DNA from: an uncultured Actinomycetota bacterium
Lineage (GTDB): Bacteria; Actinomycetota; Acidimicrobiia; Spongiisociales; UBA5794
Length of the DNA stretch: 64,000 bases
Assembly (NCBI GenBank): GCA_963700375.1
Contig: CAVOXF010000001.1
Coordinates: forward strand, 91,817 to 155,816
Direction: 5' to 3'
Position 1 is the stretch's first letter. Each line of letters opens with the position of its first letter. The notes below the pieces were generated by a model. It saw only the letters and a program-made list of their open reading frames with translations. It was not told the origin of the DNA and did no database searches. This document shows positions 19,661 to 28,281 of the stretch, in pieces. The position numbers and the translations under genes are program-made.

Positions 19661-19783
19661 GATTCTGTGGCCCTTCCTGTCGCCGACACCGTAGAGCCCG
19701 GCATCGCTTCCGTCAGAGTACTGATGCAGTCGATGAGACAATGGACCGAGTCGAACACCGTGAGGCGCGACGTGAATCCGATC

Positions 19784-21238
19784 ATGAAGTCCGAAGACCG
19801 CCCCCATCTCTTCGTCATCTTCGGCGGTACCGGGGACCTTGCCCGACGGAAGCTGCTCCCCTCGATACACGACCTGATCGCTGAAACCGACATCGCGGAC
19901 GACTGCGTGATCCTCGGCGTCGGGTCCGGCGCGTTCGATGACGAAACGTATCGGGCCTGGGCTCGGGAGGCACTCCGCGATGCGGGGGGGCCCGATGCCG
20001 GACTGGATGCGTGGATCGACGACAGCGTTCACTTCGAGCGACTCGACCGTGACACGAGTTCGTTCGGCTCGCTTCGCAGGCGCATCGAGGCGATCGAGAA
20101 GGAACACGCACTGCCGGGGAACCGGGCGTTCTACCTCGCGGTGCCTCCGTCGTCGTTCCCGTCGACGATCGATCGGCTCGGGGAATCCGGTCTGAGCGAG
20201 AGCCCCGGGTGGACGCGCCTGGTGATCGAGAAACCGTTCGGGACGGATTCGGCGTCGGCCCGAGAACTGAACACCCTCGTTCATCGCTGGTTCGACGAGT
20301 CACAGGTGTATCGCATCGACCACTATCTGGGCAAGGAGACGGTCCAGAATCTGCTCACCTTCCGGTTCTCGAACCCGATGTTCGAGAGCGTGTGGAACCG
20401 GGACCGGGTCGAGTCGATCGAGATCACCGTCGCCGAGGACCTCGGGATCGGTACCAGAGCCGGCTACTACGAAACAGCCGGAGTGCTTCGCGACATGGTG
20501 CAGAACCATCTCACTCAAGTACTGGCCCTCGTTGCGATGGAACCGCCGATCTCGTTCGACGCCGAACAGATCCGAAACGAGAAGGTCAAGGTCATCAAGG
20601 CGATCGCGCCGATCCAACCCCAGGACGTCGTCTTCGGGCAATACGAGGCCGGCGCCATCGATGGGGAACCGGTCGCGGCGTATCGCGGCGAGGTCGGAGT
20701 CGACCCGACGTCCGAGACTCCGACCTTCGTGGACATCCGGCTCGAGGTCGATACCTGGCGGTGGCAGGGCGTCCCGTTCTACCTGCGGTCCGGCAAACGT
20801 CTCCCGCAGCGAATCACGCAGATCGCCGTGGCCTTCCGACGGCCACCGTTGTGCATCTTCCATGGGCACCGTGACGGGTGTGACATCGACCCGAACGTGC
20901 TCCTGATCACCCTGCAACCAGACGAAGGATTCACACTCCGCTTCAACGTGAAGGCGCCCGGTGAGCCAATGATGATCGAGTCGCAGGCGCTGCGGTTCAG
21001 CCATGACGATGTCTACGGCCAGCTCCCGGAGGCGTACCGGGCACTGATCCAGGACGTCATCGAAGGCGACCAGACCCTGTTCGTCCGTTCCGACGAGGCG
21101 GAGGCGTCCTGGCATGTCTACGACCCGATCCTCGACCTCAATGCCGAGGTTCACCCGTATGAAGCCGGCACCTGGGGTCCCGCCGTCCGTGATGCGTCCC
21201 TCGCCCTCGGAGCCACCTCCTGGATCGCTGACGACTGA
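19784..21238 (+). CDS. zwf: glucose-6-phosphate 1-dehydrogenase
   Basis: N-terminus LFVIFGGTGDLARRKLLPS plus the G6PD signature RIDHYLGKE. ATG at 19784. Confidence 0.9.
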   Translation: MKSEDRPHLFVIFGGTGDLARRKLLPSIHDLIAETDIADDCVILGVGSGAFDDETYRAWAREALRDAGGPDAGLDAWIDDSVHFERLDRDTSSFGSLRRRIEAIEKEHALPGNRAFYLAVPPSSFPSTIDRLGESGLSESPGWTRLVIEKPFGTDSASARELNTLVHRWFDESQVYRIDHYLGKETVQNLLTFRFSNPMFESVWNRDRVESIEITVAEDLGIGTRAGYYETAGVLRDMVQNHLTQVLALVAMEPPISFDAEQIRNEKVKVIKAIAPIQPQDVVFGQYEAGAIDGEPVAAYRGEVGVDPTSETPTFVDIRLEVDTWRWQGVPFYLRSGKRLPQRITQIAVAFRRPPLCIFHGHRDGCDIDPNVLLITLQPDEGFTLRFNVKAPGEPMMIESQALRFSHDDVYGQLPEAYRALIQDVIEGDQTLFVRSDEAEASWHVYDPILDLNAEVHPYEAGTWGPAVRDASLALGATSWIADD

Positions 21239-21242
21239 AGGC

Positions 21243-21980
21243 TCACATCACCTGGACGATGTCGGCTTCTGCGAACAGGGGCCCGACGGCCAGGCCGAGG
21301 TAGGTCGCGTACAACTCCGGAGGCACGCTGATATCGGCGAGGTAGAGGTCGCCGACGTTGTACTCGACACCGGGCGCTCGCAGCCCCGCTTTGGGGAGCG
21401 CAAGCGTCATGGTGGCGGTCGCGCGAATTGCGGGGTCGAAGACCACGCCGGTCGTAGTGTCGACGCCTGACGGGGCGTCAAGCGACAGCACGGGGGCGAT
21501 CGATTCGTTGGCCCACCGGATCAGGCTCGCGGCAACGCCGCCGGGGGCACCGTTCAGGCTGTAGCCGATCAAGCCGTCGAGGATGAGATCGCGGGGTCCG
21601 AGCACGTCCACGGCTTCTGCGGAGCCAACACGAATACCCATCCGTCGAACGATCGAGAGTTGGGATCGAGGCACCGGAGCGAAGGCATCATCGGGTCCGG
21701 TGGCGAGCACCGTGACGTCGGCTCCGTAGTTGTGAAGCCGCCGTGCCGCGACGAGCACGCCGCCGCCGTTGCCTCCCGTCCCCGCGAGTACCACCACACG
21801 ACGCTCTCGCGCGTCGCCACCCAGGAAGCGTTCGCGAGCGAGATTCGCCAGACCTCGACCCGCATTCTCCATCATCCGAACGAGATCGATTCCATAGTCC
21901 TCGATCATGGCGCGATCGACCTCGACCATCTGATCGGTCGTGAGGTGTGGTGCCTTGGAGCTACCAATGGAGGGGATCAT
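21243..21980 (-). CDS. nnrE: NAD(P)H-hydrate epimerase (YjeF N-terminal domain)
   Basis: YjeF_N motifs LAGTGGNGGGV and DGLIGYSL. The SD AAGGAG lies 5 nt upstream of the ATG. Confidence 0.75.
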   Translation of the reverse strand: MIPSIGSSKAPHLTTDQMVEVDRAMIEDYGIDLVRMMENAGRGLANLARERFLGGDARERRVVVLAGTGGNGGGVLVAARRLHNYGADVTVLATGPDDAFAPVPRSQLSIVRRMGIRVGSAEAVDVLGPRDLILDGLIGYSLNGAPGGVAASLIRWANESIAPVLSLDAPSGVDTTTGVVFDPAIRATATMTLALPKAGLRAPGVEYNVGDLYLADISVPPELYATYLGLAVGPLFAEADIVQVM

Positions 21981-22237
21981 GCGACTCCTTCAGCAGGGAA
22001 ACGCCGCAATCGTAGGCGGGCGCCAAGACGCGGGTGAGCGTTGCTGTCATGATCTTCTCCTCTCAGCTTCCCACTCCCGCCAACCTCACGCGAAACCAGA
22101 TCAAGACGAGAATGTCGCCTGGAAGACTGTTGGTGTCGGGCGTCTGGACTCATCTTCCGGTCCAGGCTCCCAGAGGCCCCCCTGCTTCTTCGCCGGCGCT
22201 CCTCCGTGTCCTCCGGGCCTTTCGGCCGGGGGGACAT

Positions 22238-22948
22238 TCAGATCTTCAGTGTTGCCTCAAGGGCAACGACCACCATCTCGTCGAGGGTCTGCTCGCGCTC
22301 GGTGGAGCTCAGGCCATCGTCACCCTCGACCATGTCGGTCACGGCAAGGATGGCGGCGGCAGCGACATCGTGTTCAGCCGCGACGGCGAAGAGCCCGGCG
22401 GCCTCCATCTCAACCGCGAGGATGCCCATCTTGCGTGCAAGAGCGAGGAACTCAGGTTGCGGGTGGTAGAACTGGTCGGAACTGATGATGCCGCCCACTC
22501 GAACCGCCGTCTCCCGATGCTCGGCGGTCTCGACCAGCAGCCGAGTGAGACCGAAGTCTGCGATCGCTGCGAAGTCGAAGCCACCGAACCGCACCCGGTT
22601 GGCGCTTGAATCGGTTGAGGCACCGACAGCGACCACAAGGTCACGAATGTCGAGATCTGCGGCGACTGCACCCGCCGTACCGACACGGATCAGCGACGTG
22701 ACTCCGTAGGTGCGGATCAACTCGGTTGCATAGATCAAGGTCGATGGGATCCCCATGCCGGTGCCCATCACGGAGACCCGCCGCCCGCGGTAGATCCCGG
22801 TGTAGCCCTCCATGTTCCGCACGGCCGTGACCATCTCGGCGCCCTCGAGATACCGCTCGGCGATGGAGCGGGCACGGAGCGGATCCCCGGGGAGGAGGCA
22901 CACGTCGGAGAAGTCGTCGGGCGCTGCGGAGATATGGGGAGTTGGCAT
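22238..22948 (-). CDS. deoD: purine nucleoside phosphorylase, DeoD-type
   Basis: PNP-1 family motifs (GDPLRA, VMGTGMGIPS, EMEAAGLF). Confidence 0.85.
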   Translation of the reverse strand: MPTPHISAAPDDFSDVCLLPGDPLRARSIAERYLEGAEMVTAVRNMEGYTGIYRGRRVSVMGTGMGIPSTLIYATELIRTYGVTSLIRVGTAGAVAADLDIRDLVVAVGASTDSSANRVRFGGFDFAAIADFGLTRLLVETAEHRETAVRVGGIISSDQFYHPQPEFLALARKMGILAVEMEAAGLFAVAAEHDVAAAAILAVTDMVEGDDGLSSTEREQTLDEMVVVALEATLKI

Positions 22949-23029
22949 GCCCCGAGCCTATACGCGGACACCCCGCGGCCGCGGAGCCTCGACGGCGTAT
23001 GATCGAAGGGCCGGACCAACGCGCGAACC

Positions 23030-24154
23030 ATGCCATCGAACTCGACACCGCCACAACGCGAGGACCTGGGGCCACCCGGTTCGGTTGTCTCAACGCGATT
23101 CTGGCATCGGCTGGACGACGGCCGTATCCAGTGTGATCTTTGTCCCCGGGAGTGCAAGCTGCGCGAGGGTCAGCGAGGCCTCTGCTACGTGAGGGCACGG
23201 ATCGACGATGAAGTCGTGCTCACCACCTACGGGCGATCGAGTGGGTTCTGCGTCGACCCGATCGAGAAGAAGCCGCTGAATCACTTCCTGCCGGGGAGCG
23301 CCGTGCTCTCGTTCGGCACCGCAGGGTGCAACCTTGCCTGCCGGTTCTGCCAGAACTGGGACATCTCCAAAGCCAGGGAGTACGACGTTCTTGCCGACGA
23401 GGCGACACCGGAGAAGGTTGCCCGTGTCGCGGGCGATCTCGGTTGTCGCAGTGTGGCGTTCACGTACAACGACCCGGTGATCTTCCACGAATACGCCATC
23501 GACGTAGCCACGGCCGCCCGGGCCCAGGGCATTCGGACCGTTGCCGTGACGGCCGGATACGTGAACCCTGAGCCGATGCGTGAGTTCTACGCCAGCATGG
23601 ACGCGGCGAACATCGACCTGAAGGCGTTCACCGAAGACTTCTATCACCGCGCCTGTGCCGGTGCGCTCGCCCCGGTGCTCGACACCCTCGAATACGTCAG
23701 ACACGAGACTGACGTGTGGCTCGAGATCACCACGCTGCTCATCCCCGGCCTCAACGACTCACCGCCGGAGATTGACGCGATGACGAAGTGGGTCGTCGAA
23801 CACCTCGGCCCGGATGTCCCCCACCACTTCACGGCGTTCCATCCAGATTTCAAGATGCGGGACCGACCGCCCACGCCGCCGGCCACGCTCACCCGGGCTC
23901 GCACGATCGGCTTGGAGAACGGCGAGCGCTACGTCTACACCGGCAACGTGAGCGACGCTGCCGGCCAGACAACGTACTGCAGCGCATGCGGTGCCGTCCT
24001 GATCGAACGGAACTGGTACCGGCTCGGCACGTGGGGACTCGAGGACGGGGGCCGATGCGCGCACTGCGGCACCGTCTGCGCAGGCGTGTTCGATTCCGTG
24101 CCCGACGGTTGGGGCGCAAGGCGCCGGCCGGTGCGCCTCGCCGACTGGTCCTAG
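23030..24154 (+). CDS. AmmeMemoRadiSam system radical SAM enzyme
   Basis: N-terminal CDLCPRECKL followed by radical SAM GCNLACRFCQNWDIS. The C-terminal tail is Cys-rich (CSACG...CAHCGTVC). Confidence 0.85.
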   Translation: MPSNSTPPQREDLGPPGSVVSTRFWHRLDDGRIQCDLCPRECKLREGQRGLCYVRARIDDEVVLTTYGRSSGFCVDPIEKKPLNHFLPGSAVLSFGTAGCNLACRFCQNWDISKAREYDVLADEATPEKVARVAGDLGCRSVAFTYNDPVIFHEYAIDVATAARAQGIRTVAVTAGYVNPEPMREFYASMDAANIDLKAFTEDFYHRACAGALAPVLDTLEYVRHETDVWLEITTLLIPGLNDSPPEIDAMTKWVVEHLGPDVPHHFTAFHPDFKMRDRPPTPPATLTRARTIGLENGERYVYTGNVSDAAGQTTYCSACGAVLIERNWYRLGTWGLEDGGRCAHCGTVCAGVFDSVPDGWGARRRPVRLADWS

Positions 24155-24942
24155 CTGCCGAACGCGAACGTTCCGTATCCGACGACCCGGTCGCGCGTTC
24201 CGGCAGTGTCCGACGAGTTCCGAAGGTCCAAGACCTCGCATCGGTACGCGTTGCGCCGTGCGAGGTGCACAGCTGCCTGAACACCGGTGCGTCCACATGC
24301 CGACTCCCGGACCAACCCGTGTTCATCAAGCCGTTCGATGGCCGCGGCGGTCTCACCATCGAGCCTCCGGGCAGTGTCGGCGTCGTGGTAGTGCGACAGG
24401 TCTGATGACACCACCAGCAGGGTGCTGTCATCGAAGAACGGCTGCACCACATGGGCGGCGTCCACCGGGTCGATGTTCCCGGTCAGCAACGGCACTACGG
24501 GAACACCGGGAGCAACGATCTGAAGGAACGGCAACTGGACCTCGAGGGAATGCTCCCGCTCGTGCGCGGCGACCGAATCGACGACCAGTGAGCCCACCGC
24601 CATCTCGGCGGCCGCAGCCCTGTCAACGGTCACGACGCCCAAGGGCGTCTCGAGCAGATCGACGCCGGGCAGCGCCAATCCCGAGAACCAGACATGGTGC
24701 GACGGCCCGAGCATGATGATCCGCTCCACGCCGTCCATCTGCTCGACGAGGCGATATCCGGTTGCGGCAACGGGACCGGAGTAGACATAGCCGGCGTGGG
24801 GTACGATCAGAATCCGGATCTGAAAACCGGTCTCGACGGGCCGGGCCTCCCCGAGATAGCGCCTCACCTCGGATTCGAGTTCGAGCGGATTCGCCGGATA
24901 GAACGCTCCGGCGACTGCCGGCGGTCGAATGGTCGCTGGCAC
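24151..24942 (-). CDS. MEMO1 family protein (AmmeMemoRadiSam system protein B)
   Basis: Memo hallmarks AGAFYP, LIVPHAGYVYSG and DLSHYH. Confidence 0.85.
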   Translation of the reverse strand: MPATIRPPAVAGAFYPANPLELESEVRRYLGEARPVETGFQIRILIVPHAGYVYSGPVAATGYRLVEQMDGVERIIMLGPSHHVWFSGLALPGVDLLETPLGVVTVDRAAAAEMAVGSLVVDSVAAHEREHSLEVQLPFLQIVAPGVPVVPLLTGNIDPVDAAHVVQPFFDDSTLLVVSSDLSHYHDADTARRLDGETAAAIERLDEHGLVRESACGRTGVQAAVHLARRNAYRCEVLDLRNSSDTAGTRDRVVGYGTFAFGS

Positions 24943-24996
24943 GGCTCACCTCCTCGAGGTTCGTGTCCACGGTATGCCGGTGCCGCGTCGACGTCC

Positions 24997-25581
24997 ATGG
25001 ACTTCCGGCCCTTCACGGTCTGTCCGTTCGTCGTCTACGTTCATGGGGTGACCGCCAGCGAACACCCGTACATCACGGTGGCGAAGTCGGCGATCGCGCA
25101 CTACCTCGCCACGGATGAGATTCCCTGCCCGCCGTCGCTTTCCGGCGACCCCCCACCGACCGGCGTCTTCGTCTCGCTGCACGAACCCGCCGGTCCCGGC
25201 CAAGTGGAGGGTCAACTGCGCGGCTGTATCGGCTCGATCCGACCCCGTGAGCCATCGGTGCGACGCGAGATTGCTCGTTCGGCGGTGGCCGCAGCAGTCT
25301 CCGATCCGCGGTTCCCTCCCCTGCAGCCGGGTGAGGTCGACGACCTCGAGGTGACCGTGTACCTGCTCGGCGACCCCGAGCCGATCGCCGGCCCCGATGA
25401 CCTCGATCCGTCGAGGTTCGGCGTGATCGTCGAAGGTCGGGGCCGCACCGGCCTCCTTCTCCCGGGCATCCCGAGCATCACCACGGTCGCACAGCAGATC
25501 GACATCGCCAGGAGAAAGGCAGGCCTCTCTCCGAAAGATCCCGTCCGTCTTTCTCGATTCACGGCGGAGATCATTCACTGA
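24997..25581 (+). CDS. AMMECR1 domain protein (AmmeMemoRadiSam system protein A)
   Basis: AMMECR1 core GVFVSLHEPAG...LRGCIGS...VDDLEVTVYLL. ATG at 24997. Confidence 0.8.
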   Translation: MDFRPFTVCPFVVYVHGVTASEHPYITVAKSAIAHYLATDEIPCPPSLSGDPPPTGVFVSLHEPAGPGQVEGQLRGCIGSIRPREPSVRREIARSAVAAAVSDPRFPPLQPGEVDDLEVTVYLLGDPEPIAGPDDLDPSRFGVIVEGRGRTGLLLPGIPSITTVAQQIDIARRKAGLSPKDPVRLSRFTAEIIH

Positions 25582-25680
25582 CGCCCTCGCCGGACGGAGC
25601 CAGTACGATCTCGCATCGGCGAAAGCACGAGCTCGCGAGGCGATGGTGACCACGAACAGCCGGCAGGGACGACGCACATC

Positions 25681-26667
25681 GTGATGAAGCACGCCTGGTC
25701 GCGTCGTCTCCTCACGATCCCGGTTGTCTACCTCGCGTTCATACTGATGACGCTCTTCGCCCCGGTGATCCTGATCGCCGGCATGGCGATTGACGGTTTC
25801 CGCTGGATCGCATCCAGAACTCCGGCGATGACGCTTCGGATTTCGGCATTTGGCTGGGTGTACCTGCTCGGCGAAGTCTGGGCGATCCCGCTGCTCGCTG
25901 CAATCGTTCTACTGCCGAAGGCTCGGTCAATTGCGGTCACGTACCGCCTCCAACAGGTGTGGCTGAACTGGAACCTCAACACGGTCCGCTTCTTGTTCGG
26001 CCTCACTCTCACTATCGAGGGCACCTCCGAAATCCCGCCGCCGCCGATGCTCGTCCTCTCGCGTCACGCGTCGATCATCGACACACTGCTACCCGGGCGG
26101 TACATCACCGAACCGCTCGGAGTTCGTCTTCGCTACGTGCTGAAGAAGGAACTCCTCGTCGATCCGGCGCTCGACATCGCAGGAAACCGACTGCCCAACG
26201 TGTTTGTCGATCGCGGAGGCGACACCGCCCGCGAACTCGAGGCCATCAAGGATCTGGTGGTGTCGATGCCGGACGACGAAGGGATCTTGATCTACCCGGA
26301 GGGCACGAGGTACTCAGAAGCCAAGCGCGTCAAGTTCAGCAATCGCGTGGCAGAGCGAGGAGGTTCGGTCGGCGAGATCGCTGCGGGATTCCGGATGGTG
26401 CTGCCTCCACGGCCTGCCGGCACACTCGCGATCCTCGAGTCGCGTCCGCTTGACGTCGTCGTGCTCTCGCATCACGGGTTCGAGGGATTCGCCGAGGTGC
26501 GCGATCTCTGGTCAGGCGGTCTGGTCGGATCCGTGATCGCCCTTCGATTCCATCGGATCCCGAGCGCCACCATCCCCGGTGATGCGCCAGACCGATTGAC
26601 GTGGCTCTTCGAAACGTGGGCGGGGGTCGACCAGTGGGTCGTCGCCAAGGACGGAGAGCACCGGTAG
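25681..26667 (+). CDS. lysophospholipid acyltransferase (PlsC/LPLAT family)
   Basis: HxxxxD motif (SRHASIIDT) and YPEGTR motif. It has an N-terminal TM. Confidence 0.75.
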   Translation: MMKHAWSRRLLTIPVVYLAFILMTLFAPVILIAGMAIDGFRWIASRTPAMTLRISAFGWVYLLGEVWAIPLLAAIVLLPKARSIAVTYRLQQVWLNWNLNTVRFLFGLTLTIEGTSEIPPPPMLVLSRHASIIDTLLPGRYITEPLGVRLRYVLKKELLVDPALDIAGNRLPNVFVDRGGDTARELEAIKDLVVSMPDDEGILIYPEGTRYSEAKRVKFSNRVAERGGSVGEIAAGFRMVLPPRPAGTLAILESRPLDVVVLSHHGFEGFAEVRDLWSGGLVGSVIALRFHRIPSATIPGDAPDRLTWLFETWAGVDQWVVAKDGEHR

Positions 26668-26763
26668 AACCCTCGTCGAAGCCGCCAAAGCGGCTGCTGA
26701 CCTGAAGCACTCGGCCTCGGGGCCGTAGTATCGACCGCGCACGTCCCACAGAACGGAGCGCCG

Positions 26764-28005
26764 ATGAGAGGTCCCAACTCGCTCACCGTTCGATCGGCCA
26801 GGCGCCGATCCGGTGCCGGACTGGTCGATGTGGTCGTCCGCAACGGCGTCATCACCGACATCGCTAGCGCCGGCGCCGCCGATCGTGACGCAGTCGAAGT
26901 TGAAGCTGCCGGCAATCTCGTCACCGAATCGTTCGTGAACACGCACCTGCACCTCGACAAGGTCTTCACCCTGCGCCAACTCGGAGATGCAGCGCTCGCC
27001 GACTACCAAAGCGGCGACATGGGCAAGGCAATGTCCGCGATCGAGACGGCGGCCGCAGTGAAGCGGGATCAGGATCCGGCGGCCATGCTCGACGCGGGCA
27101 GGCGGGCCGTTGCAATGGCGGCCTACTACGGCAACACCCATATCCGGGCTCTAGCCGACGTCGACTCCAAGGCCGGAACCCGCGGCGTCGAGGTGCTGAT
27201 TGCGCTGCGAGAGGAATTCGCCGGCGTCGTCGATCTCCAGGTTGTCGCTTTCGCTCAGGACGGAATCGTTCGCGAGCCGGGGACCGAAGCGCTGCTCCGG
27301 GAGTCGATGGCGCTCGGTGCCGACGTCGTCGGCGGCATCCCGTGGATTGAATACACCGAGGCCGACATGGCCGAGCACGTTCGTGTTGTGTTCGATATCG
27401 CCGTCGAGCACGACGCCCCCGTATCGATGCTGCTCGACGACGCCGGTGATCCCGGCCTCCGTACGCTCGAGATGATGGCTACCGAGGCCCTGCGACGCGA
27501 CTGGATCGGGCGTGCGCTCGCTCATCACGCTCGGGCGATGGAGTTGTACCCGGACCCGTACTTCGAGCGGCTGGTGGCGCTGCTCAAGGCCGCGGAGGTC
27601 GCGGTCGTGTCGGACCCCCACACCGGCCCGCTCCATGCCAGGGTGAGGGAACTGATCGCGGCCGGAGTCAACGTCAGCCTGGGACAGGACGACATCTCGG
27701 ACGCCTACTACGCATTCGGCAGAAACAACATGCTCGAGGTCGCCTTCCTCGGAGCCCACCTGCTGTGGATGATGTCGGGACCCGACATGGACTTGCTCTA
27801 CGACGCCATCACCGTCAACCCGGCGGCGGCGATCGGCGTAGCCGACCACGCCCTCGCGGTCGGCAACGAGGCCAACCTGGTGGTGGTCGAAGGTGAGACG
27901 GTCGCCGACGCCCTGCGTTTCCACACCGCCCCACGGGCGGTCGTCAGCCACGGACACCTGATCGACCGGGACGCAGCACGAGCGGCGGCGGCCGTACCGG
28001 TCTAG
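26764..28005 (+). CDS. cytosine deaminase (CodA) family amidohydrolase
   Basis: VNTHLHLDK metal site. Blocks DLQVVAFAQDGIVREPGTEALLRESMALGADVVGGIP and VNVSLGQDDISDAYYAFGRNNMLEVAF align with E. coli CodA. Confidence 0.8.
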   Translation: MRGPNSLTVRSARRRSGAGLVDVVVRNGVITDIASAGAADRDAVEVEAAGNLVTESFVNTHLHLDKVFTLRQLGDAALADYQSGDMGKAMSAIETAAAVKRDQDPAAMLDAGRRAVAMAAYYGNTHIRALADVDSKAGTRGVEVLIALREEFAGVVDLQVVAFAQDGIVREPGTEALLRESMALGADVVGGIPWIEYTEADMAEHVRVVFDIAVEHDAPVSMLLDDAGDPGLRTLEMMATEALRRDWIGRALAHHARAMELYPDPYFERLVALLKAAEVAVVSDPHTGPLHARVRELIAAGVNVSLGQDDISDAYYAFGRNNMLEVAFLGAHLLWMMSGPDMDLLYDAITVNPAAAIGVADHALAVGNEANLVVVEGETVADALRFHTAPRAVVSHGHLIDRDAARAAAAVPV

Positions 28006-28281
28006 GGAGGCGCAGAGGAACCCGCCGACTTCCCGACGAGCCCCGATGGCGGAGCCTCCAGCGAGCGAATCCGCCGGTACCAGTCAGGTTCGGCTATGGT
28101 TCGTGGGCCGCACCGGGTGGAGGTCAGCGCTTCGTCGCTTCCCCGGTGGTCTACGGCAGAGTTTCTCACCCGGTTGGACCGCCTCTTCGGCCGACGCTCG
28201 ATCACACAGGCATTGGTGCCCGTCGTTCGAGTCGGAGATCGGCCAATACATCAACGTTCCCAACCGGGATCAGGAGTCATC

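Noticed and set aside
19268-19783. 5' extension of the zwf ORF (656-aa version) and the 422-aa version of pgl
   Set aside because: The conserved Zwf N-terminus (LFVIFGGTGDL) begins just after ATG 19784. The Pgl homology begins near ATG 19660. The extensions overlap each other antisense and have no homology.
28096-28281. Upstream in-frame extension of the DEAD-box helicase ORF
   Set aside because: The conserved helicase N-terminus (FAQLGLPKSLVGALEQ, Q-motif) starts right after ATG 28282. The extension is R/P-rich with no homology.
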